A DNA stretch of 50,239 nt, from positions 1-50,239 of the forward strand of contig JBDRKX010000007.1 in assembly GCA_043813605.1 (NCBI GenBank), in the 5' to 3' direction. Positions within the stretch are counted from its first letter, which is position 1. Each line of letters starts with the position of its first letter. Below, in pieces: positions 1 to 10,000 of the stretch. Both the position numbers and the translations under genes were made by a program. The notes beneath the pieces were generated by a model. The model worked only from the letters and a program-made list of their open reading frames with translations, was not told the DNA's origin and searched no databases. The DNA is from Elusimicrobiota bacterium. GTDB lineage: Bacteria; CG03; SLGR01; JBDRKX01.

Positions 1-56
1 AAGCGCAAATACTTTAGGAAAGCTGCTTAGGGTCTACAATTGCGGGGATGCACCCA
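1..56 (+). mobile_element. Possible right end of an IS3-family-like element (last codons plus terminal inverted repeat)
   Basis: Frame 1 reads KRKYFRKAA* (stop 28-30), followed by GTCTACAATTGCGGGGATGCACCCA (32-56), which resembles IS3/IS150-type right ends terminating in CA. The partner end is outside the window. Confidence 0.25.
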
Positions 57-105
57 TTGTTTTATTTTAATATATTTTGTATGCCCGGTTTTTGTCAATA
101 CTGAT

Positions 106-134
106 TATGTGGACGGTATATGTGGACGGTATAT
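106..134. repeat. 13-bp perfect tandem duplication (TATGTGGACGGTA x2 + TAT)
   Basis: Units at 106-118 and 119-131 are identical. Confidence 0.9.
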
Positions 135-167
135 TGAAATAAGCAGCAGAAATTGTTATATTATAAT
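134..167 (+). promoter_or_regulatory. Putative sigma70 promoter for the 197..931 gene
   Basis: TTGAAA (134-139), 17-nt spacer, TGt-TATATT (-10 at 157-162); a TATAAT also lies at 162-167; SD AGGAGG at 186-191. Confidence 0.5.
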
Positions 168-196
168 TTTAGTACAGGAATTGACAGGAGGAAAAT

Positions 197-931
197 ATGA
201 AAAAATTAGGGATCGCTGGATTAGTAACTATTCTTATGTTTTTACCGGTTTTAGTAAACGCAGACTGGGTCACTGACGCCCAAAACAAGGCTGAATCTGA
301 ACTTGAACCCGTAGTAGGAGATATCGGCGCAGGTTTGAGCGGCGGAGTCATAAGAAGCGCGGCTTTTCTCAAGTTCCCGGGTTTAGATGCGGGACTTAAT
401 ATAACCGGTGCAAAAGTATCTGATGACAACAGCCTCATATCAGAGGGAACTATCCCTGTACCGCTTGGAAGCGTAAAAATCGCTCTTCCCAAAGGTATAG
501 CCGTATTTATAAGAGGGCTTAATTACGGAGTCGGTGATTCTGACAGCAAACTGAATATGCTCGGTTTCGGCGGAAAATATACTGTAGTCGAAGAAAAGAC
601 AGTACCTTTCATACCGGAAATCTCCGGTGTAGTGGCTTATAATATGCTGAACGTATCTACTACCGATATGGATATAGGAATAAATACTATTACGATCGGA
701 TGCGCAGTAAGCAAAAAACTGCCTTTGATATCACCGTATCTGGGTCTTTCGTATAATATCTCATCCGGCAGTTTTGAATCATCTGCTATGACAGTCAAAC
801 CGTCCAAGAATTCATTCAGGGCGGAAGCAGGAGTGGATTTCCGGCCGTTTCCGTTTTTCTATGTAGGCGGAGGTATTTCTAATCTCGGATGGAATATAGG
901 GCTCGGTTTACGTTTTCAGGTTCCTGTTTAA
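197..931 (+). CDS. Exported, probable outer-membrane beta-barrel protein (DUF6588-like), function unknown
   Basis: Strong SD, signal peptide (MKKLGIAGLVTILMFLPVLVNA), alternating amphipathic beta-strands, C-terminal WNIGLGLRF. Overlaps the 3' end of tsaD convergently by 24 nt. Confidence 0.7.
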   Translation: MKKLGIAGLVTILMFLPVLVNADWVTDAQNKAESELEPVVGDIGAGLSGGVIRSAAFLKFPGLDAGLNITGAKVSDDNSLISEGTIPVPLGSVKIALPKGIAVFIRGLNYGVGDSDSKLNMLGFGGKYTVVEEKTVPFIPEISGVVAYNMLNVSTTDMDIGINTITIGCAVSKKLPLISPYLGLSYNISSGSFESSAMTVKPSKNSFRAEAGVDFRPFPFFYVGGGISNLGWNIGLGLRFQVPV

Positions 932-1867
932 ATAGAATTGACCGCAAGCCGCGACCATAGAAGCATTGTCCGTGCAGTGTGCTTTTTCCGGAAAAACAAT
1001 CTTTAACTGTTTTTTCCCGGACTCGGTTTCGAATTGCCTGCGAAGCTCGCCGTTGGCTGCAACGCCGCCGCATACAAGAAGCCAGTTTGCGCCGAATTCC
1101 TCCATGGCTTTAATAGAGTTCTTCAAGAGCGGTTTGAATGCCGCCTTCTGAAACGATGCGGATATGTTTTTTCTTTCTTCTTCAGTTATCTTTCCGTCAA
1201 AATCGTACTTGACCTTGTAAAGAACCGCTGTCTTTAAGCCGCTGTATGAAAAATCATAAGAACCGCCCATATTTGCAACGGGGAACTTGAATTTATCCGG
1301 ATCCCCTCCTGAAGCGCTCCGTTCTATGCTCGGGCCGCCGGGATATGGCAGCCCCAGGACACTCGCTACCTTGTCAAAACACTCTCCCACGGCATCATCT
1401 CTTGTGTTTCCAAGTATTTCATAATCTCCCCATGCCTTTATATATACCAGTCTCGAATGTCCGCCGGATATTATCAGGCCAATTCCCGGCGGGTCATCCA
1501 ATCCTGTAAATGCCGAGGCAAAAAGATGCGCTTCAAGATGATCTACTTCAATAAGCGGGATCTTCATAAGAAAAGATATTGTTCTGGCTGTCATCAGGCC
1601 CACAAGCAGAGAACCTTCCAATCCCGGACGGGAAGTGACAGCCACAGCATCAACACCTTCCATACCCATACCGGCATTTGACAGGCATTCTTCAATTATA
1701 AGGTTAAGTTTCTTCAGATGTTCCCGTGACGCTATTTCAGGTACAACTCCGCCATACCTGGAATGGATGTCTATCTGGGAAAAAACAGATTCGCTTACAA
1801 TACCCTTTTCATCCAGTATAGACACAGCTGTCTCATCACAGGAAGTCTCTATACCAAGTATTCTCAT
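908..1867 (-). CDS. tsaD: tRNA N6-adenosine threonylcarbamoyltransferase TsaD
   Basis: MRILGIETSCDET, GGVVPEIASREH, HLEAH, ISGGH, DDAVGECFDK, FSYSGLKT, GGVAAN, CTDNA motifs. Confidence 0.97.
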   Translation of the reverse strand: MRILGIETSCDETAVSILDEKGIVSESVFSQIDIHSRYGGVVPEIASREHLKKLNLIIEECLSNAGMGMEGVDAVAVTSRPGLEGSLLVGLMTARTISFLMKIPLIEVDHLEAHLFASAFTGLDDPPGIGLIISGGHSRLVYIKAWGDYEILGNTRDDAVGECFDKVASVLGLPYPGGPSIERSASGGDPDKFKFPVANMGGSYDFSYSGLKTAVLYKVKYDFDGKITEEERKNISASFQKAAFKPLLKNSIKAMEEFGANWLLVCGGVAANGELRRQFETESGKKQLKIVFPEKAHCTDNASMVAACGQFYLNRNLKT

Positions 1868-2961
1868 TCAAGCAGTTCCTCTACGGTAACGAACTCTATA
1901 TCCGCTTTTTTCAGTTCTTCCAAAAAATAAGCAAGGGCCTTCACTGTGTTTTTTCTGGTGATATGGCATATAGCTACAGTTTTCATATTGCTTGATGCAG
2001 TTCTTTTCAGTTTTTCCAGTCTTGACATAATATAATCATAATCGTCTTTATTATCAATATAAAAACTGTTTTTTGCGGTCCGGACACCGAGTTCGGACGC
2101 TGTCTTAAAGCCGGTTGTATTGTTTGAAGTCGCCGAATCGACAAAAAAAAGCCCCTTTCTCTTCAGTATTTCAAGCAGTATTCTCATCTTTTCGGGATTG
2201 GATGTGAACCTGGAACCCATATGGTTATTAAGTCCGGGCGCACCTTCGACACTCTCAAGAGCCCTGTCAAGCGTTTTTTCTATCTTTTCTTCATCCATAT
2301 CAGTAAGCAACGCTATCTCACCCGGATCAATACCGGGATATCCCTCGGGCTCCATAGGCATGTGAAGAATAAACGGCAATCCGCTCCTTTTAAGTTCCTT
2401 TGCCAGAAAATTCGAATACTTCAATCCGGGAAGTATGGCATACGTCACAGGTATATCGAGTTCAATAAAAGCCTGTATGTTCTTAGTATACCCCAGATCA
2501 TCGACAACGATCGCTACCCTGTTTTTGTCTTCAACAAGTTCAAATCGGATGGAATTCAGGATAAATCCTTCTATACCGATATCCAGGCCGGGACTACCCG
2601 TATCCGAAGTGACATCCTTTATGTCAAGGGAATCTGTACGGGCAATAGATTCCAGTTTTTTTTTCAGTCCGGAAAATCTCGACCGGGCTATCCGAATTTT
2701 TTTCGTGTATTCTATCCATGAAGTGTTACCGGATTTCTTTTCTGTCTGGTATTTTTCGATTATATCCGAAGAGTCTACTCCATGTTCAATGAGTTGAATA
2801 TTGACAGTTTTTTCGAGATTAAGCGATATATCCGTCAGATCAGTGTGGGTGCTTATCCGATAGACCGCATACAGGGAAAACAGGCATAGTATGACCCCCA
2901 GTATCTTGAAGGCAGAAAAATATTTATTCGCTCTTTTTGATTTCTTCTTCTTTGCGGCCAT
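1864..2961 (-). CDS. Divergent polysaccharide deacetylase (YibQ/DUF610 family) with N-terminal membrane anchor
   Basis: AIVVDDLG, LHMPMEP, GLNNHMGSRFT, FFVDSAT, AICH motifs; usual position after envC/ctpA. Confidence 0.9.
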   Translation of the reverse strand: MAAKKKKSKRANKYFSAFKILGVILCLFSLYAVYRISTHTDLTDISLNLEKTVNIQLIEHGVDSSDIIEKYQTEKKSGNTSWIEYTKKIRIARSRFSGLKKKLESIARTDSLDIKDVTSDTGSPGLDIGIEGFILNSIRFELVEDKNRVAIVVDDLGYTKNIQAFIELDIPVTYAILPGLKYSNFLAKELKRSGLPFILHMPMEPEGYPGIDPGEIALLTDMDEEKIEKTLDRALESVEGAPGLNNHMGSRFTSNPEKMRILLEILKRKGLFFVDSATSNNTTGFKTASELGVRTAKNSFYIDNKDDYDYIMSRLEKLKRTASSNMKTVAICHITRKNTVKALAYFLEELKKADIEFVTVEELLE

Positions 2962-4213
2962 CTTTCATAAATATCTTTCTAGCAATAAGTACATCACATG
3001 CCCTTTGGAGCTGAGGATCGACTATCTTGTCTTTTTCACGTTTCTCTTTCTCTTCTACCGAAAGATTTAATATTTCTTCCTGCTGTGAAGCAAGTTTAAT
3101 GCGCTCTTCTTTTGATATTTTTACCGTAATATCCGGTTCTATGCCTTTATCATGGATTGAGACCCCGCTAGGCGTATAATATTTGGCGGTTGTAAGCCTC
3201 AGGGAAGAAGCGTCTTCAAGGTCTATGAGGCTCTGTACAGAAGCCTTGCCGAAAGATACCTCACCTATTACAACTCCCCTGGACAGGTCTTTTATACAGC
3301 CGGCAACGATCTCTGATCCCGAAGCAGACCCCTTATTGATAAGTACTGCCAGAGGTATATGTTTAGCTTCCGGTTCTTTCATTGCCCTGAATTCCCTGTT
3401 CTGATCTTCCCGTCTTCCTTTCGTATATACTATCATTTCCCCTTTATCTACGAAGAATCCCGCTATTTCCACGGCAGCGCTGAGCAGTCCGCCGGGATTA
3501 TTCCTGAGATCGAATACAAGCCCGTCTATCCCGCTCCCCATCAGCTCATCAAGCGCTTCCTTGAGTTTCAAGGGTGCATCGTCTGTAAATTCGACAAGAC
3601 GGATATATCCTATGTTCTTTTCAAGCAGTTTCTTGTACACCTTTGTCGGGACTATCGTATCACGGGTAATGGTAAATTCCAGGAGTTCTTCTTCTTCCTC
3701 TCTGGCCATGCTCAATGTCACTTTTGTACCCGCTTCGCCACGGAGTTTCTTAACTGCGTCCCTTAGCTCTATTCCCTTGGCGTCTTCCCCGTCTATCTTA
3801 ACGATTTTATCTCCCGGCATTATCCCCACACTGAAAGCGGGAGTATCAGGGAGCGGCGTTATCACAGTAATATAACCGTCACGGGAGGTTATCCGTATAC
3901 CGAGACCGCCGAATTCACCTTCAGTATCAGATTTTACCAGTTTTGCTACTTCTGGTTCCATGAACTGGGAATACGAATCAAGTGACGAGATCATACCCTT
4001 CATTGCTCCGTATATAAGATCTTTTATTGTAATATCTTCAACATAATTCTCTTTTATAAGTACAAAAGCATCTGTAAACAAGCGTATATGTTTCTGGATA
4101 TCCACTTCTTCCTCTTCCTTGGAATATAGCGGCCGTATCTCAATAACCGAATTCAATAGGAATATTACCGCTATAACCAGGAATATTTTTGCTGGTCTGT
4201 TGTTTTTTCTCAT
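2924..4213 (-). CDS. ctpA: Carboxyl-terminal processing protease, S41A family, with PDZ domain
   Basis: FGGLGI (PDZ), DLRNNPGG, SASGSEI (Ser), FGKASVQ (Lys), YYTPSG, GIEPD; N-terminal signal sequence. Confidence 0.95.
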   Translation of the reverse strand: MRKNNRPAKIFLVIAVIFLLNSVIEIRPLYSKEEEEVDIQKHIRLFTDAFVLIKENYVEDITIKDLIYGAMKGMISSLDSYSQFMEPEVAKLVKSDTEGEFGGLGIRITSRDGYITVITPLPDTPAFSVGIMPGDKIVKIDGEDAKGIELRDAVKKLRGEAGTKVTLSMAREEEEELLEFTITRDTIVPTKVYKKLLEKNIGYIRLVEFTDDAPLKLKEALDELMGSGIDGLVFDLRNNPGGLLSAAVEIAGFFVDKGEMIVYTKGRREDQNREFRAMKEPEAKHIPLAVLINKGSASGSEIVAGCIKDLSRGVVIGEVSFGKASVQSLIDLEDASSLRLTTAKYYTPSGVSIHDKGIEPDITVKISKEERIKLASQQEEILNLSVEEKEKREKDKIVDPQLQRACDVLIARKIFMKDGRKEEEIKKSE

Positions 4214-4222
4214 ATTATCTCC

Positions 4223-5410
4223 TTATCTGGCCTTTTCTTCATTTAACCATTTCAGCGGATCACGGGGCTCGGATCCCTGACCCAGCTCAAAATATAATGC
4301 TCCGTCTGAAATGCTCCCTATACTGTCCAGTATCTCTATTTCAAGACCCACCCGGACGTACAACATCTCAAGATTACCATATATAGTATAATACCCATTT
4401 CCGTGGTCAATTACAACCATCTTATTCAGTCCTTCAAAAGTATCAGAAAACACTACTTCACCGTCGGCTACAGCTTTGACAACTGCATTTTCCTTCTTAT
4501 CCGGGCTGATGCTTATTCCCCTGTTGAACACAACTGTTTCCAGTTTCGGATGTTTCTGTTTTCCAAAATATGCTGAGACTTTCCCGTCAACCGGCCATGG
4601 CAGCTTTCCCTCTGCAAGATCAAAATTTGCTCCCAGCTGCTGAAGCCTTTCAAGGTTTTTTACTTTTTTCTTTAATGATGATACGAGCATATTTAGTTCA
4701 TCATGTTCCCGGCGTTTTTCATCCAGAGTCTCCTGATTGGTCTTGAGCTCTTTTTTTACTTTTTTTAGGTTTTCAAGCTGTTTTTTTCGGTGCAATATAA
4801 GGTCATCCTGCAATATAATGAACTCCTCCTTCAAGAGGATCAGGCTTTCCCTCTGTAACTCGAGTTCTTTCTTCAGGTTACCTGTCTCTTTAATTTTTCC
4901 GTCTATTTCAATAAAAGCGGCTGCCGGCAGCATAACAAGTATTTTATCTATATATTCATTGTTTTCCTCCGGGCCGGTAAGATGATGGGGCCACAATTCT
5001 GTTTCCGGCTCGTCTACATGTGATGAATAGCGTAACAGAGCCTTTCTTAGTATATCTGAATACCTGTTAAATCTTTGCGACTGTATTTTAAGTTCGGCCT
5101 CTTTATCGTGAATAGAGGCTTCCACCTCAACCATATTCCTGCCTAGTGATATAAGCCCGTTTTTATGATTGTTTATCCTTTTCCCGGTCAGATCAAGATC
5201 CATGTTTATTGTCTTTTCCTTTGTACCGAGACTAGATACTTTTTGCCCGTATTTTTTTATCTCTTCTTCGATCCTTGACAATTCGGTTCCGCGGGTACCT
5301 ATAGTATCCTGCAGTTTTTCAATATCATCTCTTGTGCCCGCCTTCAAACTTACAGATATGATCAGGATCAAAAGAACTGCTGCCTGCACTAATCTGAGCA
5401 ATCTAATCAT
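4223..5410 (-). CDS. envC: Murein hydrolase activator EnvC (coiled coil + degenerate M23/LytM domain)
   Basis: Signal peptide, long coiled coil, KLPWPVDG, Zn ligands lost (FNRGISI, YTIYGNL); follows ftsX. Start placed at ATG 5410 (track start 5428). Confidence 0.88.
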   Translation of the reverse strand: MIRLLRLVQAAVLLILIISVSLKAGTRDDIEKLQDTIGTRGTELSRIEEEIKKYGQKVSSLGTKEKTINMDLDLTGKRINNHKNGLISLGRNMVEVEASIHDKEAELKIQSQRFNRYSDILRKALLRYSSHVDEPETELWPHHLTGPEENNEYIDKILVMLPAAAFIEIDGKIKETGNLKKELELQRESLILLKEEFIILQDDLILHRKKQLENLKKVKKELKTNQETLDEKRREHDELNMLVSSLKKKVKNLERLQQLGANFDLAEGKLPWPVDGKVSAYFGKQKHPKLETVVFNRGISISPDKKENAVVKAVADGEVVFSDTFEGLNKMVVIDHGNGYYTIYGNLEMLYVRVGLEIEILDSIGSISDGALYFELGQGSEPRDPLKWLNEEKAR

Positions 5411-6200
5411 CCCATCTGAATACGGCAATAACCCTGTAGAAAAAAACCGCTAAAATACCTGTAAAAATTATTATAATGGAGTCTTCGATAAGTGTACCTG
5501 CCTGTTCTATCTCACAAAATGCAGTAAACCAATAATAGAGAAACCGCGCAGCTATACCGGATATTATACCGGCCAGCAAAAAGCGCCGGGCAGCGGCTCC
5601 AAGCACTACTTTGACATCAGCTGCAATATTATTTGCAATCCTTATCTCGTCATACTGTGAAACCCTGAAAAGATACGCGCTGACTGAAAAAATATAAAAC
5701 GCGAATAACGGCAACAGCAATCCCAGAAGGGACCTGATCCTTCTTATTTTTTCCATCATCATTGCTGTTTTTTTTACAAAACTGTTCCTTGTATCAAGGT
5801 GTTCGACACTTTTTCCTTTTTTCAGTTTTTCAAGTATATTGTTTATTTTTAGATAGTCCGGGGTATTAATACCTATCTTAAACCTGGGCGGCAGATCTAC
5901 CTTGTCTTTCAGTATTTCCATCTGTTCGCTGAGGTCAGGGTCTTTTCGCAGTTTATCATATATGGTCGCCGAATCTTCGTATAAAATCAATCTGACCTGT
6001 TTATAATTGTCCAGCTTTTTCCTGAAAGCATTTATATCTTCATCGGAGGCTGTCTTGTCGAGGTAGACCATAAATACCAGGGAAGACAGAATCCTTTTAT
6101 GTAACCTGCCGGTAACAGTGATCATGCCCAACCACACAAAACACAGGAGCGCCGCAAAAAAGAGGCATACAAAAGACAGTATCCTACTTGATCTTTCCAT
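5403..6200 (-). CDS. ftsX: Cell-division permease FtsX (divergent, short)
   Basis: TM1, extracytoplasmic domain with VYL and LP motifs, then three TM segments; lies between an ftsE-like gene and envC. Confidence 0.8.
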   Translation of the reverse strand: MERSSRILSFVCLFFAALLCFVWLGMITVTGRLHKRILSSLVFMVYLDKTASDEDINAFRKKLDNYKQVRLILYEDSATIYDKLRKDPDLSEQMEILKDKVDLPPRFKIGINTPDYLKINNILEKLKKGKSVEHLDTRNSFVKKTAMMMEKIRRIRSLLGLLLPLFAFYIFSVSAYLFRVSQYDEIRIANNIAADVKVVLGAAARRFLLAGIISGIAARFLYYWFTAFCEIEQAGTLIEDSIIIIFTGILAVFFYRVIAVFRWDD

Positions 6201-6843
6201 CTTCTATGTCTATGTATTTCACCCTGACAGACTTAACTTCTGATGAAGGCCTTGCTGTCGCGATCACTGCTGAACCCCTGTACGTCGTATTTTTCAGGAC
6301 TCTCAGCATATCATCCTCATCCTCTCTGCCTGTCATATTCAGGTCACACATCATGATCGCCGGCTCAGAAGCCAGAACCATTGTCAACGCAAGGTTTTTT
6401 CTTTCCAGTGAAGAAAGATTTTCCGGTGCGACATCCCTTCTGGAAAGGAGATTTGTCAGTTTAAGGAAATGCAGCGCCCTGTCAAAAATTATACCCGAAG
6501 GTGTATTATGCAGTTTTAACGCATATTCCACGTTATGATACAGGTTCTTTTTTTCCATAAAGACTGGTTCTTCAGGTATATAACCGATAGTGCTCACGAT
6601 CCTTTTTAATTCGGGATCAGCGACCTGGCCGGCATTTTTCTCCCCGTATTTCAGCACACCGGACGATGGCCGGAGCCTTCCGCACAGTATCTTAAGAAGA
6701 GTGGTCTTACCGCTTCCTGCGGGTCCTCTAAGCACGACAAAATCATTTCTTTTTAATTCCAGGTTGATATTATTCAGTACTTCGTACCCTGAATCATTAT
6801 CAGAACGCCAATATATCTTATCTGCGGATATTAGATTTCCCAT
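6184..6843 (-). CDS. ftsE: FtsE-like ABC ATP-binding protein with degenerate catalytic motifs
   Basis: Walker A GPAGSGKTT; overall FtsE-like layout (IGYI, NVEYAL); overlaps ftsX. Start placed at ATG 6843 after SD AAGGA (track start TTG 6924). Confidence 0.8.
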   Translation of the reverse strand: MGNLISADKIYWRSDNDSGYEVLNNINLELKRNDFVVLRGPAGSGKTTLLKILCGRLRPSSGVLKYGEKNAGQVADPELKRIVSTIGYIPEEPVFMEKKNLYHNVEYALKLHNTPSGIIFDRALHFLKLTNLLSRRDVAPENLSSLERKNLALTMVLASEPAIMMCDLNMTGREDEDDMLRVLKNTTYRGSAVIATARPSSEVKSVRVKYIDIEDGKIK

Positions 6844-7022
6844 TTTGATATTCCTTTTGCCTGTATGTTCTATAAGGACAGTTGTCTCAGGATACTTTTT
6901 TCCGGAAACCGTTTTGCAGTACAATAGATGTATACACGTGAACCGGGTATATCAGACAGACAGCAACAGTTATCAGAAGGCGGATTTAACAGCATTTTTT
7001 ACCGGTCATATTATTAATATGC

Positions 7023-10000
7023 CTATATATTACTGATGCCGGCAGAATCCTTTTCATGTTCTAACTCTATCTGGAACATTTCCTTTTTTCTTTTTCCCGC
7101 GCCGGTCACAGAATCAGTTATTTTCTTTAATAATCCTCTCTGGCTCTGCTGCACTTCGAATATAAGCTTTTTTGCTTCTATCTGTTTTTTCTTGTAAGCT
7201 GTTTTCCACTGTATATCTCTCTGAGCCATTCTTGCTCTGAGTTCCCTGTTCTGTCCTTCCCTTTCCCTTAATACTTCCCTGGCATTTTTAAACCTTGCCT
7301 TGTATTCATTAAGTTCCTTCTGCATACGTGCGAGCAGCGTCTTCAGGCGGGATTCATTCTGCGCTTTTTCAAGCTGTATATCCTTGAGTTCTTCTTCTTT
7401 TTCCTTTAACCTCATATCCCAGATCCTGTCACTGCTCAGTTTCTCTTTTTTAAGCTGGTCTATCTCTTCCTGCAATCTGTTCCTGAACTCAAGCAGTTCT
7501 TTTTCCCTGGAAGAATATATATCCTGCCAGTATGATTCCCTCTCGCTGGACTTCCGTTCAAATGATACGCTGAGTTCTCTTTCCTTTTCAAGTATCTTGC
7601 TCTCCCATTCTTTTTCCCTTACAGCGTTATTTTCACGTATTTTGTTTATTTCTGCCTGTTTCTCTGCAAATCGCTGTTCGGCATCCTTGCGTATTGAGAG
7701 ATTTTCATTATTCAGTTTTTCAAACTGCTTTTCCTTAACAGAGACCATTTCCTGGAGTATGTTCTTATTCTCTCTTATGTCGTTTATCTCTTCATTTAAA
7801 CGGTCGCGGTCTCCTTTATACAGCCCTATTTCCGCCGCATGACCCTGCTGTATCCTTTCTATCTCTTTATTCAGATGCACGATCTCGGCATCCTTGTCTC
7901 TTTTTATGGATTCATTCCTGAGATCAGCCTGAAGCAGGCTATTCTCGGATTCATTGAGCTTTTGCTGTATCAACTCCGCTTTTTCCCTGAGTATTCGGGC
8001 AGTCTTCATCTCTTCTGCATGTTTTATCTGCACTTCTTTGAGTTCAGTTTTCAGCCTTCTTATATCAGATTCGAAATTGCCGACAGCATTGCTGTATTCA
8101 ATCTGCATAGTATTCGCTTTACTCTCTGCTTCCTGAAGAGCTTTCTGCATCTTTTCAATATCTTCTTTAAGTTTACTCTCTTTTTCACTCCATCCTGAGA
8201 TCTTTTCCGACGATACTTCCAGTTCGGCCAGCATGCTATTCCTCTCTTTTCTGTATTCGTCTCTCAGGCTGTCGATCTCATACTCATATTTTTTCTGCAG
8301 GGATTCGGTCTTTAACTGCGCCTCGGCTGCTTCGGCCCTGCTCAAAATCAGCCGTTCCTGAAGATCTGATATCTTATTTTCCAGCAATTGTCCCTTTTCA
8401 TCCCACTTGTTAAGCCTCGCAGCCGCTGATTCAAGTTCAGCAGCAAGACCCGTTTTAATTCTTTCGGATTCTTCAACAATGCTGTTTATTTCCGTTTCTC
8501 TTCTCGTGTTCAAAGCTTCGGTTTTTATCTCGGCCTGCGCGGCTTTCCTTTCAGCATCCGAATATTTTCCATTCAGTATTTCCATTTGCTGTTTCAGCTG
8601 ATATTCCCCGGCAATACTGCTGTCAAGTCTTGCCTGCACTGTCCTAAGTTCATCAAGATAATCTGCTTTAGCCCTTCGGATCTCTTCTTTCAACCTGGCT
8701 TTTTCAAACTCCATGCTCTTAGCGGTATTTTCGGCTTTCAGGTCAGACTCAAGGGCCGACCTCTCGGTACTGTAAAGCTGCTGCTGGAGAGCTTCTATCT
8801 TTTCCTTTAGTTCTGTCTCTTTCTCATGCCATTTTTCCATACGCTCCCTGGCTGTTTTGACATCCAGGGACATAGTCTCGTTTACACGCTTCAGTTCACT
8901 TTTTATATTGTTTATCTCATTCTCACGCGCAACGAGTTTATGGCGTTTCTCTTCGATCTGTACACGCAGGTTCCTCTCGTTCTGGAGGTACCTGGCCTGA
9001 AGTTCTTTCTTTTCTCTTTCGGACCTCAATTCCGCATCCCTTACGCTGGCCGCAAGTTCTGCATTAATGTTATCAATTTTGAAATTCAGTTCTCTGATCT
9101 TATTTGAATATTCAAGGTTCTCTTCCTGCATCTGCCGGCAGGTATTGTCATATTTAAGCCGGTATTCGGAGAGTTCCGCCAGTATTTCCTGGTTATCCCT
9201 CGAACTTATGCCTACCTGGGAATTCAGTTCCTGTATCTTCAATTCTAATGTATGTCTTACCAGTGAAGCTTCCTTGTCAGCCTCGGCATAACGGTGCCTG
9301 ACCTCTTTTATCCGTGTTTCATACTCCGCCCGCTGCTGCTGCACTTCGTCATAAAGCGTATCTACTTTTTTCTGATGAGATACCCTCAAAACTTCCATAC
9401 GATCCCTGTGTTCTTCTTTTTCACGTTCCAGTACAGCACGCTTCTCATCGATCTGTTTCAATCTTTCACTGTAATCTGTCTCCAGCTCTTTTATTCTGGC
9501 AGACACCTCTTTTTTTAGTTCACTGTTCTCTTTTCTGGTCTCATTTATCTCGGATAGCCCTCTCTCTCTTTCACTAGCCAGCTTTTCTTTGGTCCATTCC
9601 AGTTCGGACCTGGATAACGCTTCATCAAGTTTTAATTTATATATCTTATTCTCGTATTCCCCGGATACTTCTCTTCTTACTTCGCTCTCTTTAAGATCGA
9701 GCTGTTTTTTTGCCGCGCCCAGTTCCATGACAGTTCTGCTCAATTCATCTTCGAGCTCGGCTTTCTTTACCACTATTTCGTGTTCTTTTATCCTGAAATC
9801 TTCTATAAGCTGCTTTTCTTTCAGGGCATTTTCTTCTTTGAGTTTATTGATCTCAGCCGCTTTTTCCTGTTCCATTTCCTTGAGCTCGGAAATGAGTTCA
9901 TCCTGCCTGATTTTGAGCTTTTCCAGTTCGGTAAGCAGTATATTCCTTTCCCTGGTAAAATCTTCCTGTTTCTGTTCTATGATGCGTTTATACTCTTTTT

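Noticed and set aside
4223..4620. Loss of zinc ligands in the M23 domain as a novelty
   Set aside because: A degenerate LytM domain is the normal state of EnvC.
6844..7022. Possible small ORF or frameshifted signal-peptide remnant between the coiled-coil gene and ftsE
   Set aside because: Short, no SD, and no recognisable motif; cannot be supported.
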